In this document: positions 10,715-19,812 of the stretch, piece by piece
How the letters are laid out: every line of letters begins with the position of its first letter
How positions within the stretch are numbered: the first letter of the stretch is position 1
The notes under the pieces: model-generated
What the model saw: the letters and a program-made list of their open reading frames with translations, nothing else
Databases searched by the model: none
What the model was told of the DNA's origin: nothing
Made by a program: the position numbers and the translations under genes
Assembly (NCBI GenBank): GCA_948788915.1
Contig: CAQFOZ010000002.1
Coordinates: forward strand, 11,407 to 75,406
DNA length: 64,000 nt
Source of the DNA: an uncultured Muribaculaceae bacterium
Lineage (GTDB): Bacteria > Bacteroidota > Bacteroidia > Bacteroidales > Muribaculaceae
Reading direction: 5' to 3'

Positions 10715-11679
10715 TTACGGTGTTTCAGATATTTTTCAACTGTAAGGATTGATATTATCTTCTCCCTTCTTTTATCTTTAAACTGTTCAATGAATTTCTT
10801 CGATTCCTCCGCTATTTTTTTAGCCTCATCCTGATGAGACGCATAATATTTTATCTTATCTCCGACATCGGAGAAATCGGATTTAATTTCAATATAATGC
10901 ACTCCCGGAATAAGTCTTGAATGCATCAGCCATCCCTCAACAGTGGGTCTGGGCATGACAGGCACACACCCCGAAGCCATAATCCATTGCAAAGAGGAAG
11001 CCATATCATAACCCTCAAGTGCCAAGATAAACTGATAGCTGAAATGTTCCGGAATCGTCACAAATCGGCTATGCCACTTCGACGGGAAACGATTATTGGT
11101 GTCTCCCAGATCAAACAGTTCATTATCTGACCATTGCTCAAAAAATCTTATTCTATCGGGTTTATCATATATATCTCCCCTGAAAAACAACTTGGGTATT
11201 TTCTTCTCAAAAGGTATGTTATCGTGAGGGTTGAGCCAATGACGAATCGAATCAAGGTTGAGAACTACCGCATTCTCTTCCCCTTCTCCGTTTAGCCTTC
11301 TGCATTTTATAATTGACGGGAACTCTGGATTCACTCTAATGTCTCCGTCAATAAATCCGACTTTTGCACTGCCCGGGAAATAACGTAATGCGCTCTGTGC
11401 ATCAAAGGCATATCGACTCTGAAAATTATGGCGATTCACATCTTTTACAGACACACTCCTGTCGTCAACCGAATACAGTCTGTCAAGACGGCAATAAAGA
11501 TTAACTCTGTCTCTTATATAATCCGCGTCTGCGCGCTGTTCCCAGCCTTTAAGCAACTTTCCCCTTTTATGAATCCAATATGTGCGTGGCAACAGGTTTG
11601 CGAACCAGTTGCTGATATAAAAAAGCAACGGGATCCTTTTACCCGCCAATATGTATTTCTTATAATAGTTCATGGACAT
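10711..11679 (-). CDS. Glycosyltransferase family 90-like (LPS biosynthesis protein)
   Basis: KLFFRG, YQFILALEGYDMASSLQWIM, LIPGVHYIEIK. Confidence 0.8.
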   Translation of the reverse strand: MSMNYYKKYILAGKRIPLLFYISNWFANLLPRTYWIHKRGKLLKGWEQRADADYIRDRVNLYCRLDRLYSVDDRSVSVKDVNRHNFQSRYAFDAQSALRYFPGSAKVGFIDGDIRVNPEFPSIIKCRRLNGEGEENAVVLNLDSIRHWLNPHDNIPFEKKIPKLFFRGDIYDKPDRIRFFEQWSDNELFDLGDTNNRFPSKWHSRFVTIPEHFSYQFILALEGYDMASSLQWIMASGCVPVMPRPTVEGWLMHSRLIPGVHYIEIKSDFSDVGDKIKYYASHQDEAKKIAEESKKFIEQFKDKRREKIISILTVEKYLKHRK

Positions 11680-11736
11680 CAACACAAATTTAACTCAAAA
11701 TTTAGAAAATCGGAAGTTTATGAGTAATTTTGTGTC

Positions 11737-12708
11737 ATGCGACTTCATTCAATATTGTTGATTTTAACCTTATGCCTTGCATCCTGCGGGGCAAAAAGCC
11801 GAAATAATACCGATGGAACCGGTATGTCAGACATTCCGGCATCGGAATCATCATCGAATATACCTTCGTTTGATGCAGACTCCGCATACTGCTATCTCGC
11901 CATGCAGGTGAAAGCCGGACCAAGAGTGCCGAATACAGAGGCTCACAAAAAAATCGGGAATTACCTCAGTGCTGAATTGAAACGGCATGGTGCAAATGTA
12001 ATAGAACAGGCTGCCGATTTAAAAGCGTTTGACGGCACTATGCTTTCGGCAAGAAACATTTTCGGGGAGTTTAATCCCGATATGGATGACAGACTTTTGC
12101 TTGTAGCGCATTATGATTGCAGACCTTGGGCTGATCAGGATCCGGATCCGGAGAAACACAGACAGCCGGTTGAAGGTGCAAATGACGGGGCGAGCGGCAC
12201 TGCGCTTCTTCTCGAAATCGCCCGGCAACTGTCTTTACAGAATCCTCAAAAGGGTATTGACATTCTCTTTGTCGACGCAGAAGACTGGGGGGAGGAAAAT
12301 AACGATGATTCCTGGGCCATGGGAGCAAGATATTTCATAAACAATCCTATAAAACCGGGATATCTGCCATCACGGGTAATTGTAGCCGACATGGTTGGCG
12401 GAAAGAATGCAAAATTCCCGATAGAATACTTCTCACAACAGAATTCACCCGATTTGACCGCTAAAATTTGGAATTGTGCTGTCAGTGCAGGATATGGCGA
12501 TTATTTCCCTAAACGCATGGGAGGGGCCATTACTGATGACCATGTGGAATTTATCAAAGCCGGTATTCCGGCAATCGACATAATAGAATATCACGAAGAT
12601 TCCGGATTCGACCCCGACTGGCACACAAGCCACGATACTCTTGAAAATATAGACAAAGCTACACTCAAGGCAGTAGGATCGACTTTGTTGCGATATATAT
12701 ACGAATAA
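11737..12708 (+). CDS. M28-family lipoprotein, probable glutaminyl cyclase
   Basis: Lipobox [28 protein letters not shown]. Confidence 0.85.
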   Translation: MRLHSILLILTLCLASCGAKSRNNTDGTGMSDIPASESSSNIPSFDADSAYCYLAMQVKAGPRVPNTEAHKKIGNYLSAELKRHGANVIEQAADLKAFDGTMLSARNIFGEFNPDMDDRLLLVAHYDCRPWADQDPDPEKHRQPVEGANDGASGTALLLEIARQLSLQNPQKGIDILFVDAEDWGEENNDDSWAMGARYFINNPIKPGYLPSRVIVADMVGGKNAKFPIEYFSQQNSPDLTAKIWNCAVSAGYGDYFPKRMGGAITDDHVEFIKAGIPAIDIIEYHEDSGFDPDWHTSHDTLENIDKATLKAVGSTLLRYIYE

Positions 12709-12725
12709 TAAAAAGACTTTTAAAT

Positions 12726-14018
12726 ATGAATTTCATTGAAGAATTGACATGGCGCGGCATGATCCACACGATGATGCCCGGTACGGAGGAACAACTCGCA
12801 AAAGAGATGACTACCGCTTATTTGGGAATTGACCCGACTGCGGATTCTCTACACATAGGACACCTTTGCGGTGTAATGATGCTGAGACATTTCCAGCGTT
12901 GCGGACATAAACCTCTGGCACTTGTAGGAGGAGCGACAGGAATGATCGGTGATCCTTCCGGCAAATCGGCAGAACGTAATCTTCTGGATGAGGCGACCTT
13001 GCGTCATAATCAGGAGTCGATAAAGGCCCAGTTGTCAAAATTTCTTGACTTCGATTCAGATGCACCCAACCGTGCGGAGATGGTGAACAATTACGACTGG
13101 ACAAAGGATGTGACTTTCCTCGATTTTGCACGAGAAATAGGCAAGCACATCACTGTCAATTACATGATGACCAAAGACAGTGTTCAGAAACGTTTGAATG
13201 GTGAGGCACGCGACGGTCTGAGTTTCACTGAGTTTACATATCAGCTCCTTCAGGGATTTGATTTTCTTCACCTTTACGAGACCAAGGGTTGCAAATTGCA
13301 GCTTGGAGGCTCCGATCAATGGGGGAATATCACTACTGGTTCTGAACTGATACGCCGCAAGCTCGGAGGAGAGGTTTTCGCCCTGACTTGTCCGCTTATC
13401 ACAAAAGCTGACGGAGGCAAATTCGGCAAGACTGAAAGCGGGAATGTTTGGCTTGACCCCAGATATACATCCCCGTATAAATTCTATCAGTTCTGGCTGA
13501 ATGTATCGGATGCCGACGCAGAAAAATACCTTAAGATTTTCACTTTCCTTAGCAAAGAGGAGATAGAGGATCTGGTTAAAGAACATGCCGAAAATCCTGG
13601 CGCGCGTCCGTTACAGAAGCGCCTTGCCAAAGAGGTGACTGTAATGGTTCACAGTGAAAAGGATTATCAGGCGGCAGTAGAGGCTTCACAGATTCTTTTC
13701 AGCAACTCAGCGGGAGAAGCCCTGAAAGCACTTGACGAACAGACATTGCTCGATATCTTTGATGGCGTACCGCGGTTCTCTTTACCAAAAGCAGAGCTGG
13801 AAGCAGGTGTTCCGCTTCTCGACCTGCTTGCTGTCAGGACACAGGTGTTCCCGTCAAAAGGGGAGGCGCGCAAAATGGTACAAGGAGGCGGTGTAAGCAT
13901 CAATAAAGAGAAGCTTACTGACCCGGCCGCTGTTATTGATGCAAATTCTCTTCTCGGTGGCAAATACATCCATGTTCAGCGCGGCAAAAAGAATCACTTC
14001 TTACTCGTAGCGGAATAA
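12726..14018 (+). CDS. tyrS: Tyrosine--tRNA ligase
   Basis: [20 protein letters not shown]-terminal S4 domain. Confidence 0.98.
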   Translation: MNFIEELTWRGMIHTMMPGTEEQLAKEMTTAYLGIDPTADSLHIGHLCGVMMLRHFQRCGHKPLALVGGATGMIGDPSGKSAERNLLDEATLRHNQESIKAQLSKFLDFDSDAPNRAEMVNNYDWTKDVTFLDFAREIGKHITVNYMMTKDSVQKRLNGEARDGLSFTEFTYQLLQGFDFLHLYETKGCKLQLGGSDQWGNITTGSELIRRKLGGEVFALTCPLITKADGGKFGKTESGNVWLDPRYTSPYKFYQFWLNVSDADAEKYLKIFTFLSKEEIEDLVKEHAENPGARPLQKRLAKEVTVMVHSEKDYQAAVEASQILFSNSAGEALKALDEQTLLDIFDGVPRFSLPKAELEAGVPLLDLLAVRTQVFPSKGEARKMVQGGGVSINKEKLTDPAAVIDANSLLGGKYIHVQRGKKNHFLLVAE

Positions 14019-14836
14019 TGGACAACAAACCTCTGGTATCTGTATTGATGCCGGCATATAATCAGGCCGAATACATTAAAGATGCCCTTGATTCACTTCT
14101 GAATCAGACATACCGGAATTGGGAAGTGGCCGTTGTAGATGACGGCTCTCCCGACAATGTGGCTGAAATTGTGAAACCTTATGCGGAAAAAGACTCCCGC
14201 ATAAGGTTTTATCATACAAAAAACGGAGGAGTCTCTTGCGCCCGTAATTTTGCTGCTTCCGTAACATCGGGTGAATATATCATACCGCTTGATGCCGACG
14301 ACATATTCAAACCTGATTACATCGAGAAATGCATAACGGCATTCCAAAAAAATCCGGAACTGGATGTGGTGTATTGCCAATGGAAAATGTTTGGAGCAGT
14401 TCATAAAACTCCAGAACTTGAATACAAAGGGTACCGTGATTTGCTGATATACAATTCTATTTTCTGCTCCGCTATGTATCGTCGAAGCGACTTCAACAGA
14501 ATCGGAGGCTACGACACAGAGATTCCTTATGGCTTTGAGGATTGGGAATTCTGGATAAGACTGATCTGTGATAATTCAAAAGTATATCAGATTCCGAAGC
14601 AACTTTTCCTATACAGAATCAAATCCTCTTCCAGATCCACTGGCTCTAAAGAGGAAGACAAGCAAGCGACTACTCACAAATATATTTTCAGGAAACATAT
14701 GGATTTATATATGCAACAGTTCCCAGATTATATCTCAGTTCTCCAACAAAACGCATATTTCCGCCACAGAAACGAGAAGTGGAAGCGTCGCTCTCTGGTC
14801 AGCAGGTTATGGTATGCTATAAAAGGTACTATATAA
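14018..14836 (+). CDS. Glycosyltransferase family 2
   Basis: MPAYN, DDGS, LDADD, EDWEFW; start overlaps the tyrS stop (TAATG). Confidence 0.92.
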   Translation: MDNKPLVSVLMPAYNQAEYIKDALDSLLNQTYRNWEVAVVDDGSPDNVAEIVKPYAEKDSRIRFYHTKNGGVSCARNFAASVTSGEYIIPLDADDIFKPDYIEKCITAFQKNPELDVVYCQWKMFGAVHKTPELEYKGYRDLLIYNSIFCSAMYRRSDFNRIGGYDTEIPYGFEDWEFWIRLICDNSKVYQIPKQLFLYRIKSSSRSTGSKEEDKQATTHKYIFRKHMDLYMQQFPDYISVLQQNAYFRHRNEKWKRRSLVSRLWYAIKGTI

Positions 14837-14857
14837 TATTATTCCAAAACTAAAATA

Positions 14858-14910
14858 ATTCAGGCCTCATTCCTTTTGTCTCACAAAAAGAAATGAGGCC
14901 TGAATATTTT
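14858..14910. terminator. Bidirectional terminator
   Basis: ATTCAGGCCTCATT...AATGAGGCCTGAAT between convergent genes. Confidence 0.8.
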
Positions 14911-14933
14911 AATTTTTGTATATGCCGGAAAAA

Positions 14934-16610
14934 TTACTTTTTAAGCACTGCGGCCGGCATCACAACGGGTTTGCCGGTTTCTCGCACTACTGGCATAGGA
15001 GCATCCCACGCCGTCAGAATTCCGCTGAATTCATCCGCCATGGATTTCAACTTCTTGGCATACTTCTTATTCCCTGCGAGATTATTGCGTTCCCCTATAT
15101 CTTCCTTGAGGTTATAAAGTTCAAGGTCTCCTGTAGCCATACGGTAAACGACCTTCCAATCTCCTTTTCTCATGGAGCTGAGGAAATCGATATCTTCCAG
15201 ATCATAAGGCTTCCACTTATGAGGATAGTGCATTACGATAGGCCGTTCGGGATCAAGGCCCGTCACGCTTTCAGGCAGCACCATGTTGGTAGCCTCTTTC
15301 TGATTTGTCACCTTGCCTGATGCGACAGCGTCAGCCGCATATTTGGAACCGTCTGTTATCAGTTTCACAAGACTCTTGCCATCCACCGGTTGCACCACCT
15401 TCGGATCTTTCACACCGGCCATCTCAAGGATTGTGGGAAACATATCCTCGCAAGTTACCGGTGTGCTGAGACGCGTACCGGGCGACACATGTCCTTTCCA
15501 GCTGAATGCCAACGGAACACGGATTCCACCTTCATAACACGAGCCTTTCCCTTCACGAAGTGGAAGATTTTGTGTATGAAGAACTCCACCTTTCTGCTTG
15601 TTCTCACTGTTTCCGCCGTTATCAGCCATTAAAATGATGATGGTGTTGTCGGCAACCCCTTTTTTCTCAAGATAGTCCATTATGTCTCCGAGACTCTTGT
15701 CTACGCCCTCCACCATTGAAGCATATTTTGCCTGGCCTTTATCCATTCCGGCATCCAGATATTTCTTGTAGAATCTCTTGTCTGCCTGAATTGGAGTATG
15801 GGTAGCATAATGAGCCATGTACAGATAAAACGGCTCGTTATGCGCTATAGGATAATCCAGCGCCTGAAGAGCCTCGCGGGTAAGAGCCTCGGTAAGGTGC
15901 ACTCCGGTGCCATAATACTGTGTCATATTCTGGACTGCAAGCATATTCCATTTCTCAGGAATATTGCCATAGTTCTCTTCGCTCTGGTAACTTCTGGGCA
16001 TTCCTGCCACATTTCCTGCCACATTCACCACAAAGCCCATATTGTGAGGGCTTGCACCCGGTGTGCCTATCGATGCCCAGTGTCCTTTGCCGACATGGAC
16101 TGTAAAATAGCCGGCATCTTTAAGAAGCTGCGGTAGAGGAGTCACATATTGGGAGTATGATATGCCGTCTACAGGACTCATTCCGTTTATATTCCATTCT
16201 GGGCGCGAAAGAGCATCCGTCGGGGATACTACTGTTTTCCCTCCCGCCTCCATCGCAGTCGCACCTCCGGTAGCGTCAGACGGCGTGTCTTTTGTTACTG
16301 ATGTCCAGTTGGTAATTTTCGAATGAGCAGCATTCATACCCGAAAGCATCGATGTGCGCGTCGGTGTCGACACCGGACACGCATACGCATTGCAAAGAAT
16401 CGTACCCTGATTGGCAAGACGCTGCATGTTCGGAGTGTTGAACCTGGTATTATGCGGATAAACCTCCTCCCCGTATGCAACCTGGCTGTCTACCCAGCCG
16501 TAATCATCAATCAGGAAAAATACGATGTTAGGTCGTTGTTGCTCCGCGGCAGCCACAGTAAAAGGCACAAAAAGTGCAGAGCCGGTAATTAGTTTTGCAA
16601 TTGATTTCAT
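14934..16610 (-). CDS. Secreted S1 sulfatase, Ser-type
   Basis: Signal peptide, PNIVFFLIDD, STPTR (S-x-P-x-R), GKGH, DNG. Confidence 0.93.
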   Translation of the reverse strand: MKSIAKLITGSALFVPFTVAAAEQQRPNIVFFLIDDYGWVDSQVAYGEEVYPHNTRFNTPNMQRLANQGTILCNAYACPVSTPTRTSMLSGMNAAHSKITNWTSVTKDTPSDATGGATAMEAGGKTVVSPTDALSRPEWNINGMSPVDGISYSQYVTPLPQLLKDAGYFTVHVGKGHWASIGTPGASPHNMGFVVNVAGNVAGMPRSYQSEENYGNIPEKWNMLAVQNMTQYYGTGVHLTEALTREALQALDYPIAHNEPFYLYMAHYATHTPIQADKRFYKKYLDAGMDKGQAKYASMVEGVDKSLGDIMDYLEKKGVADNTIIILMADNGGNSENKQKGGVLHTQNLPLREGKGSCYEGGIRVPLAFSWKGHVSPGTRLSTPVTCEDMFPTILEMAGVKDPKVVQPVDGKSLVKLITDGSKYAADAVASGKVTNQKEATNMVLPESVTGLDPERPIVMHYPHKWKPYDLEDIDFLSSMRKGDWKVVYRMATGDLELYNLKEDIGERNNLAGNKKYAKKLKSMADEFSGILTAWDAPMPVVRETGKPVVMPAAVLKK

Positions 16611-16815
16611 TGGCGATATTAAAATTCAATGTTAGGAGAACTTGGGCAACATCTTACCCTAATCTGTTTTTACACACTAAATTACTAATAAATTACCAAT
16701 ATCCGAATTAAAAAACAGCTTAAATTTCAAAACTATTCTTTAACATTTTCCGTTTTATAAATAGAAGTGATTTAAACTCATTTTAACATTCGACAAATCA
16801 TCAAACAATAAAAAA

Positions 16816-17088
16816 ATGGAAATCTGGATAAATATTTTCGGCTACGCAGCTGCAATCTGCATGGTTTGTGGCTACTTGCCTCAGGCCATACATACAATAA
16901 AGACTCGTGAAACTGACGGAATAGCCCTCCCCACATTCCTGTTGATGTTTCTCGGTTCATTATTCTTCATAGTACAGGGGATACTTATTCACAATATTCC
17001 TCTATGGCTCACAAATACAATTACTGCAGTCTGCGCGGGGATCGTATTCGGCATCAAAATGTATAACGACTACTTCAAAAGCAAATAA
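16816..17088 (+). CDS. SemiSWEET / PQ-loop transporter
   Basis: 90 aa, three TM helices, YLPQ motif. Confidence 0.85.
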   Translation: MEIWINIFGYAAAICMVCGYLPQAIHTIKTRETDGIALPTFLLMFLGSLFFIVQGILIHNIPLWLTNTITAVCAGIVFGIKMYNDYFKSK

Positions 17089-17112
17089 GTGATCCCCTCG
17101 CCCCCACCGTTT

Positions 17113-17267
17113 CCCTATTAGCGCCCTATTACCCCTATTAGTCCCATTACCCCTATCCCGCTCCATAATGCCCCATCAGTCCCGAAGCTCCCTAAAGACC
17201 CTAAAGTCCTTAAATTCCTATTTGCCCTATTAGTCCTATTAGCCTTATTAGCCTTATTAGCCCTATC
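17113..17267 (+). repeat. Degenerate 9-mer tandem array (CCTATTAGC / CCTAAAGAC units)
   Basis: Visible periodicity; G-poor on the plus strand. Confidence 0.85.
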
Positions 17268-17292
17268 AAAAATTAATTGCCGCAACCGGCCC

Positions 17293-18573
17293 CTAAAAGA
17301 CAAAAGTAACAGCCTCGATGAAATCACCGGGGCGCAGACAGGTCTCTATCCCTATTTTAAACCAACGGAAAGGAGCCCCGTATAATCCGGAAATATATGG
17401 ACTCCGCGATGTTGCAACCTTACGCCAGTTCTCCCTGTGATGCGAACCATAAACCGTAAATCTTAAACTTGAGTCATTGCGAGGGAAAAGACCGAATATG
17501 CTTACGCTTTGCAGATGTTTGTCTGTTTCCGGATATCCCAAAGAGAGTGCCTCGGTTTCCATATATACTCTTCTGACCTCTTCGGTAGGATCCGGTGGTG
17601 TTTCTTCCGCTGAATCGTCATCAAAACCCGCTTTATAAGGTCTTGATTTATTAAAATTGGCTAATTTCCCCGATGGAATCGGTAATTTATGATATATTTC
17701 AGAGGTGTTCCTATTATCAAACTCGATGTTTGAAATTTGTTTGAATTCTGTTTGAATTTTGTTCAACATCTCGATTTCATCGGCAGAATATCGGTCATAC
17801 ACCCAACACCTCACCGGTGATCCGTCTACACTGACTGATCTGACACCAAACACCTCCGATTTAGGGTCACGGAGTGAAACCTGCTCTGTAGCGTACACCT
17901 CAATTCGCTTTATGCCTAATGTGTCGATATCAATTTCATCTGTAGAGCGGATACAATACTCCAACGATGCCGGCACATTCCTTATCTCAACACCTGAATA
18001 AAGCCGGTCATCCCGAATCTGCATACTTATAACCGGCAATAACGGTGCCTCTTTTACTGGAAGAGCCACTTGAACTTCTCTTAACCTTCCCCTTTCGCCA
18101 TTATTAAAGACAGCACACCATGCCAGCCTACATGGCGATGTAAAAAGATTGTGAATCAGAGCAGTATTAAAGTAACCTGAAAGCAGGTCATTGACCGCCG
18201 ATTGATAATTATTTTTCAACTTGCCGCTTTCTGGCGTATCAACCCCATGAAAATCACCGGTAAGCCATCCGTTAACCCTGTCTTTATCTTCATCCGGCAC
18301 CACAAAACTCATCTCCTTTGAAGGCCAACCGCCCATGGCCGGATGTGTATTGCCTGAAGAATCGACAACCATTGAGGGGAGACACGGTTCAAATCCGGGA
18401 AGAACCTCACCACAGAATCTCATGTTGAAATCTACGCTATCAAGAAATATTTCAGATTCCCTATTAGCTGTGCCTGCAACATCATCTATTGACTCTCCGT
18501 CTTTCAACACTATAGTGGTGACACTGATTTTATTAAACAGTATTCTTTTTCGCATGACAATCCTTTTTGTCAT
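17293..18573 (-). CDS. Hypothetical protein, possibly derived from a phage structural gene
   Basis: 426 aa ORF. The C-terminus (VYGSHHRENW...ISGLYGAPFRWFKI) recalls Bacteroidales prophage proteins; from memory, unverified. Confidence 0.55.
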   Translation of the reverse strand: MTKRIVMRKRILFNKISVTTIVLKDGESIDDVAGTANRESEIFLDSVDFNMRFCGEVLPGFEPCLPSMVVDSSGNTHPAMGGWPSKEMSFVVPDEDKDRVNGWLTGDFHGVDTPESGKLKNNYQSAVNDLLSGYFNTALIHNLFTSPCRLAWCAVFNNGERGRLREVQVALPVKEAPLLPVISMQIRDDRLYSGVEIRNVPASLEYCIRSTDEIDIDTLGIKRIEVYATEQVSLRDPKSEVFGVRSVSVDGSPVRCWVYDRYSADEIEMLNKIQTEFKQISNIEFDNRNTSEIYHKLPIPSGKLANFNKSRPYKAGFDDDSAEETPPDPTEEVRRVYMETEALSLGYPETDKHLQSVSIFGLFPRNDSSLRFTVYGSHHRENWRKVATSRSPYISGLYGAPFRWFKIGIETCLRPGDFIEAVTFVF

Positions 18574-18658
18574 CGAAATTACACCCCTCTTTCATTATTG
18601 AGCCTTTATCCATTTACATTACAGTGTCTCAATAATGGAACTTTATCCACAAAATAAA

Positions 18659-19669
18659 TCAGGCAATACGCAATCGACTTTTAACTGCTCCGTGAGCCTT
18701 GGAAAGAGAACCGGAAAGTAGGTCATATAGCTTCATCGTAAATATCGAAAGCAACCACGATGCACAGAGTATCACGCATACACGAAGCACAGGATTTCCA
18801 AGCACAGGATTCATAAAAACAAAAAGTTTTTTTGTAGAGGCTGTGAAGAACAGAGCGTGAAGAAACCAGATATGCATCGATTTAATTCCAAGGTCTGTCA
18901 GTGCTACTTTCAGATAGCCGAAAAGTTTCGATGAAACCGCTGAAATCTGTTCTCCGGAATCCATCAGCAATGCCACAGCCCCGACAAACAAAGGAGTGAC
19001 GATAAAATCGGCAGTTTTGGCATATGGAATGCCCCGCAAAAGATAAAAAGCCACCATTCCAACGAGTGAAATCCACAGAATCTTCCCTCCGGCCTCTATG
19101 TTTATCCGCGAGAAAACTTTATAATGAGCCATCCAATATGCAGACAGCACAATAGGCATAAATTTGAAATAACGGTCAAATCTCTTTATTATCTCTATTG
19201 TCAAAAGCTTAGGATAGAAATAATAAGCTCCATAGATTGCTCCGAAAATCAGAAGCAGGACAACAAGCCCCCGCCAGCGGTAACGGTCGATGATTCTTGA
19301 AAGGAACGGCATGGTTAACATGGCGAGAATGTAAAAGCTTACATACCAGCAATAATAGTTCAAGCCTCCCCACATACCGAACATGTTGAGAACAAAATTA
19401 CCAGGTGAAATTTTATAATGAGTGTAAAATATTGCGATTGGAAGACATATTCCTAGCAGTATAAACCAGAAATGGGCAAGAAGATGCCATATTCGTTTCA
19501 CTGCATGGCGCAGATCGCGGGTCTTGGCGAATTCATATCCATACCCAACCAGAAATGAGAATAATGGCACGGCAAAAGGTATGATTTTCCCGGGGCATGA
19601 ATGTCCCGTAACCATAAGTATTATAGCAAGTCCCCTTATTATTCTCGATTTGTCATTCCCGAATTGCAT
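18659..19669 (-). CDS. Acyltransferase family 3 (membrane O-acyltransferase)
   Basis: RGLAIILMVTGH, AVPLFSFLVGYG, WYV, S..IWFLH; multi-TM. Confidence 0.85.
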   Translation of the reverse strand: MQFGNDKSRIIRGLAIILMVTGHSCPGKIIPFAVPLFSFLVGYGYEFAKTRDLRHAVKRIWHLLAHFWFILLGICLPIAIFYTHYKISPGNFVLNMFGMWGGLNYYCWYVSFYILAMLTMPFLSRIIDRYRWRGLVVLLLIFGAIYGAYYFYPKLLTIEIIKRFDRYFKFMPIVLSAYWMAHYKVFSRINIEAGGKILWISLVGMVAFYLLRGIPYAKTADFIVTPLFVGAVALLMDSGEQISAVSSKLFGYLKVALTDLGIKSMHIWFLHALFFTASTKKLFVFMNPVLGNPVLRVCVILCASWLLSIFTMKLYDLLSGSLSKAHGAVKSRLRIA

Positions 19670-19680
19670 AATCGTTCTTC

Positions 19681-19706
19681 TAAGAAACTTTTTAAATAGT
19701 TTCTAA
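19681..19706. promoter_or_regulatory. 26 bp palindrome, copy 1 (operator or element footprint)
   Basis: TAAGAAACTTTTTAAATAGTTTCTAA; 23/26 identical to 26559-26584. Confidence 0.45.
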
Positions 19707-19812
19707 AAATCATGCAAATTTAGTGAATAATAATCTAACTTGTCTTTTGAACCGGTTTTTTAACATTCCCCTAATAAAAATCCTCCCCTTTTTTCATTCA
19801 CAAAAAGAACGA

